61,641 nt of DNA from a virus, in IMG/VR virus record IMGVR_UViG_3300020182_000008, positions 104,628-166,268 of that record, one strand, 5' to 3'. The notes under the pieces are model-generated. The model did no database searches, was not told where the DNA came from, and saw nothing but the letters and a program-made list of their open reading frames with translations. Positions 59,219 through 61,641 of this stretch are shown here, piece by piece (the first letter of the stretch is position 1; each line of letters opens with the position of its first letter). The position numbers and the translations under genes are program-made.

Positions 59219-60242
59219 AACCTATCAAGATATTCTCAATAACTTGCATGAGGAGTCTAATCTGGAGCCCCTGCACTTAAACAGCAGGGTGCTCCTAATA
59301 GATTCAATGAACACATTTTTACGTTCATTTGCTATGATACCAGCTATTAATCCACAAGGTAATCATATTGGAGGGTTAGTTGGTTTTATGAAATCATTAG
59401 GTTATGCTATTAAATTAATCCAACCAACACGAGTTATTTTAGTATTTGATGGTCAAGGGAATATTACAAATAGGAGAAATACATACTCTGAGTATAAAGC
59501 AAATCGTCAGATAAAACGAATTACTAACTTTAATGTATTTTCCACATTAGAAGAAGAATCAGAATCGGTTTCTACTCAAATGATGCGTTTATTAGACTAT
59601 CTAAAAACGTTACCTGTTAGTATTTCAATCATTGATAAAATTGAAGCAGATGATACAATAGCTTATTTGTCTCAGAAATTAAAGGACGATGTTATAATTT
59701 ATTCTGCGGATCAGGATTTTTTACAATTGGTAAATAAAAGAATTACAGTTTATTCACCAATTAAAAAGAAATTTTATAGACCTAATGATGTATTCGAACA
59801 ATACGGAATGCACCCCTATAATTTTATTACAATGAAATGCTTAATGGGGGACAAATCAGATAATCTCCCAGGTGTTAAAGGTTTAGGTCCTAAAAAATTG
59901 ATGAAGTATTTTCCTGAAATAGCAGGCAAAGAAAAATTTACATTACAGGAAGCATATCAAAAAGCAACTGATAAAGTAGATGAACATGGGATCTATGGTA
60001 ATGTTCATTTGTTCAAAAATCAACTTGAGATAAATTATGAGTTGATGTGTTTAGAAGAAATTGAATTAGTTGAAAGAGACCAAAAAGAATTAGATGAACT
60101 TATAGAAACAAATCCCTATAACTTTAATAAATCTAAATTTTTAGGGATGTATGAAAAAGATTTATTAGGTCGTGGAATTCCTAATACAGAATTTTGGTTA
60201 TCAGAAGTATTTTCTTATCTTCAAAACTATAAGATTAAATAA
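59211..60242 (+). CDS. 5'-3' exonuclease / RNase H (PolI N-terminal/FEN family)
   Basis: LLID, VFDG, YKANR, EADD, SADQDFLQL, GDKSDNLPGVKGLGPK. Confidence 0.92.
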   Translation: MNKTYQDILNNLHEESNLEPLHLNSRVLLIDSMNTFLRSFAMIPAINPQGNHIGGLVGFMKSLGYAIKLIQPTRVILVFDGQGNITNRRNTYSEYKANRQIKRITNFNVFSTLEEESESVSTQMMRLLDYLKTLPVSISIIDKIEADDTIAYLSQKLKDDVIIYSADQDFLQLVNKRITVYSPIKKKFYRPNDVFEQYGMHPYNFITMKCLMGDKSDNLPGVKGLGPKKLMKYFPEIAGKEKFTLQEAYQKATDKVDEHGIYGNVHLFKNQLEINYELMCLEEIELVERDQKELDELIETNPYNFNKSKFLGMYEKDLLGRGIPNTEFWLSEVFSYLQNYKIK

Positions 60243-60245
60243 GTT

Positions 60246-61625
60246 ATGACATTAAAGAGTTTATCTCAATACGGCCCTCATTTTCAAGTAAAGGTTATAC
60301 ATTCGTTATTAAAAAATAAGAAATTTTTACTTAATATTAGGGATGTAATTATACCTTCTTATTTCGAAAACCAAGCTCACCAATGGCTTGTAAAGGAGAC
60401 ATTACAGTATTTTGATGAATTTCATTCTACACCTACACTAGATTTTCTTAAGATCGAAGTTAAAAAGTTAGATAATGATGTTTTAAAAACAGCAATTGTT
60501 GATCAATTAAAAGAAGTTTACAAAATGGTAAACGATGATCAAGAATTTGTTGAACAAGAATTTCAAAATTTCTGTAAAAACCAAGCATTAAAATCCGCAT
60601 TATTAAGATCAGTTGATTTACTTCAAGATGGGATGTTTGATGACATTAGGTTTACAATTGATAATGCATTAAAAGCTGGACAAGACAAGAATATAGGGCA
60701 CGAATATCTTAAAGACGTAGCATCCCGTTATAAAGAAGAAGACCGTCAAGTAATACCTACTCCTTGGCCAATTATTAATGAAAGATTAATGGGTGGTTTA
60801 GGTGGAGGTGACTTTGGTCTAATATTTGGTTCTCCAGGCGGGGGTAAATCATGGACAATGGTTGCTTTAGGTGCCCACGCTGTAAAATTAGGATTAAATG
60901 TTGCTCACTATACATTAGAATTATCTGAAGGTTATGTTGGTAAAAGATATGATGCACATTTTGTAAACCAACCTGTAAATACAGTGCATCTACACCAAGA
61001 TAAAGTCAAAACTTATTTAGAAAACCTAAAAGGTAGTTTAACTATTAAAGAATATGCCCCGGGACATGCTTCAATTACTACAATTGAAGGTCACGTTCAA
61101 AAAATGACAGATTTAGGTTATCCACCTGATATGATTTTAATTGATTATGTTGATTTATTAAAAAGTAGTAGTAATTCTAAAGACGAAAAAGAACGTTTAG
61201 ATAATACTTATGTTTCTACTAAAGCTTTAGCACGCACTTTAAATATTCCTGTATGGTCTGTATCTCAGGTTAATAGAGCAGGTGCAAAAGATGATGTAAT
61301 TGAAGGGGATAAAGCAGCAGGTTCATATAATAAAATTATGATTACAGATTTCTGTATGTCTTTATCAAGATTACCTCAAGATAAAGTTAATGGTACAGGA
61401 AGATTTTTCTTAATGAAAAATAGATATGGTATGGATGGAATGACTTATCACGCAGATGTAGATGTTTCAACAGGTCATATAGAAATGGATGAAAATCCAA
61501 GAGAATTACCTGATCCTTCAACTAATCCCCAACCCGCATTTGCAAACGAGAAAACAGAACAAGATAGAAAGCAACTAGCTCCACTTGCTAATAATTTCTT
61601 TTCAAACCAATCAAACCCTTCGTGA
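60246..61625 (+). CDS. Replicative DnaB-like helicase (gp41-like)
   Basis: GSPGGGKS, YTLE, IDYVDLL, SQVNR, KNRYG. Confidence 0.92.
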   Translation: MTLKSLSQYGPHFQVKVIHSLLKNKKFLLNIRDVIIPSYFENQAHQWLVKETLQYFDEFHSTPTLDFLKIEVKKLDNDVLKTAIVDQLKEVYKMVNDDQEFVEQEFQNFCKNQALKSALLRSVDLLQDGMFDDIRFTIDNALKAGQDKNIGHEYLKDVASRYKEEDRQVIPTPWPIINERLMGGLGGGDFGLIFGSPGGGKSWTMVALGAHAVKLGLNVAHYTLELSEGYVGKRYDAHFVNQPVNTVHLHQDKVKTYLENLKGSLTIKEYAPGHASITTIEGHVQKMTDLGYPPDMILIDYVDLLKSSSNSKDEKERLDNTYVSTKALARTLNIPVWSVSQVNRAGAKDDVIEGDKAAGSYNKIMITDFCMSLSRLPQDKVNGTGRFFLMKNRYGMDGMTYHADVDVSTGHIEMDENPRELPDPSTNPQPAFANEKTEQDRKQLAPLANNFFSNQSNPS

Positions 61626-61641
61626 TATATACTATAGTTAT

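Noticed and set aside
1-61641. tRNA genes, introns/inteins, integrase, alternative genetic code
   Set aside because: None recognised by eye; core genes are uninterrupted, of normal length, and end at standard stops.

Overview
AT-rich fragment of a large T4-like myovirus; every credible gene is on the + strand. Gene order: probable internal-head/late hypotheticals; an accessory block (FAD oxidoreductase, HxGH nucleotidyltransferase, NadR-type kinase, membrane/lysis-like proteins); head module (terminase, portal, protease, scaffold, major capsid); PhoH; neck genes; a ~20 kb cluster of Ser/Thr/Gly-rich fibre and appendage genes with a GT4 + Aah/TibC-like glycosyltransferase embedded in it; contractile tail (sheath, tube, frameshifted chaperone pair, tape measure, baseplate, hub-lysozyme); and a replication block (short family-A polymerase, SSB, RecA/UvsX, 5'-3' exonuclease, DnaB-like helicase). 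A Bacteroidota (probably Flavobacteriia) host is inferred from TTG-N20-TATATTWA promoters, AT-rich leaders without Shine-Dalgarno, and signal peptide style. Best candidate for an undescribed system: phage-encoded O-glycosylation of the virion surface, in which a bifunctional glycosyltransferase with its own host-type promoter accompanies a [S/T]-[G/A/S]-S motif that saturates fibres, capsid insertion, neck and sheath. Other signals: a putative late promoter (ATATTTAT) at ~23 intergenic sites, a structured 5'-UTR RNA, two identical G-A10-G slippery sites, and a +1/-2 tail-chaperone frameshift. All functional calls come from motif recognition by eye; no database searches were run.
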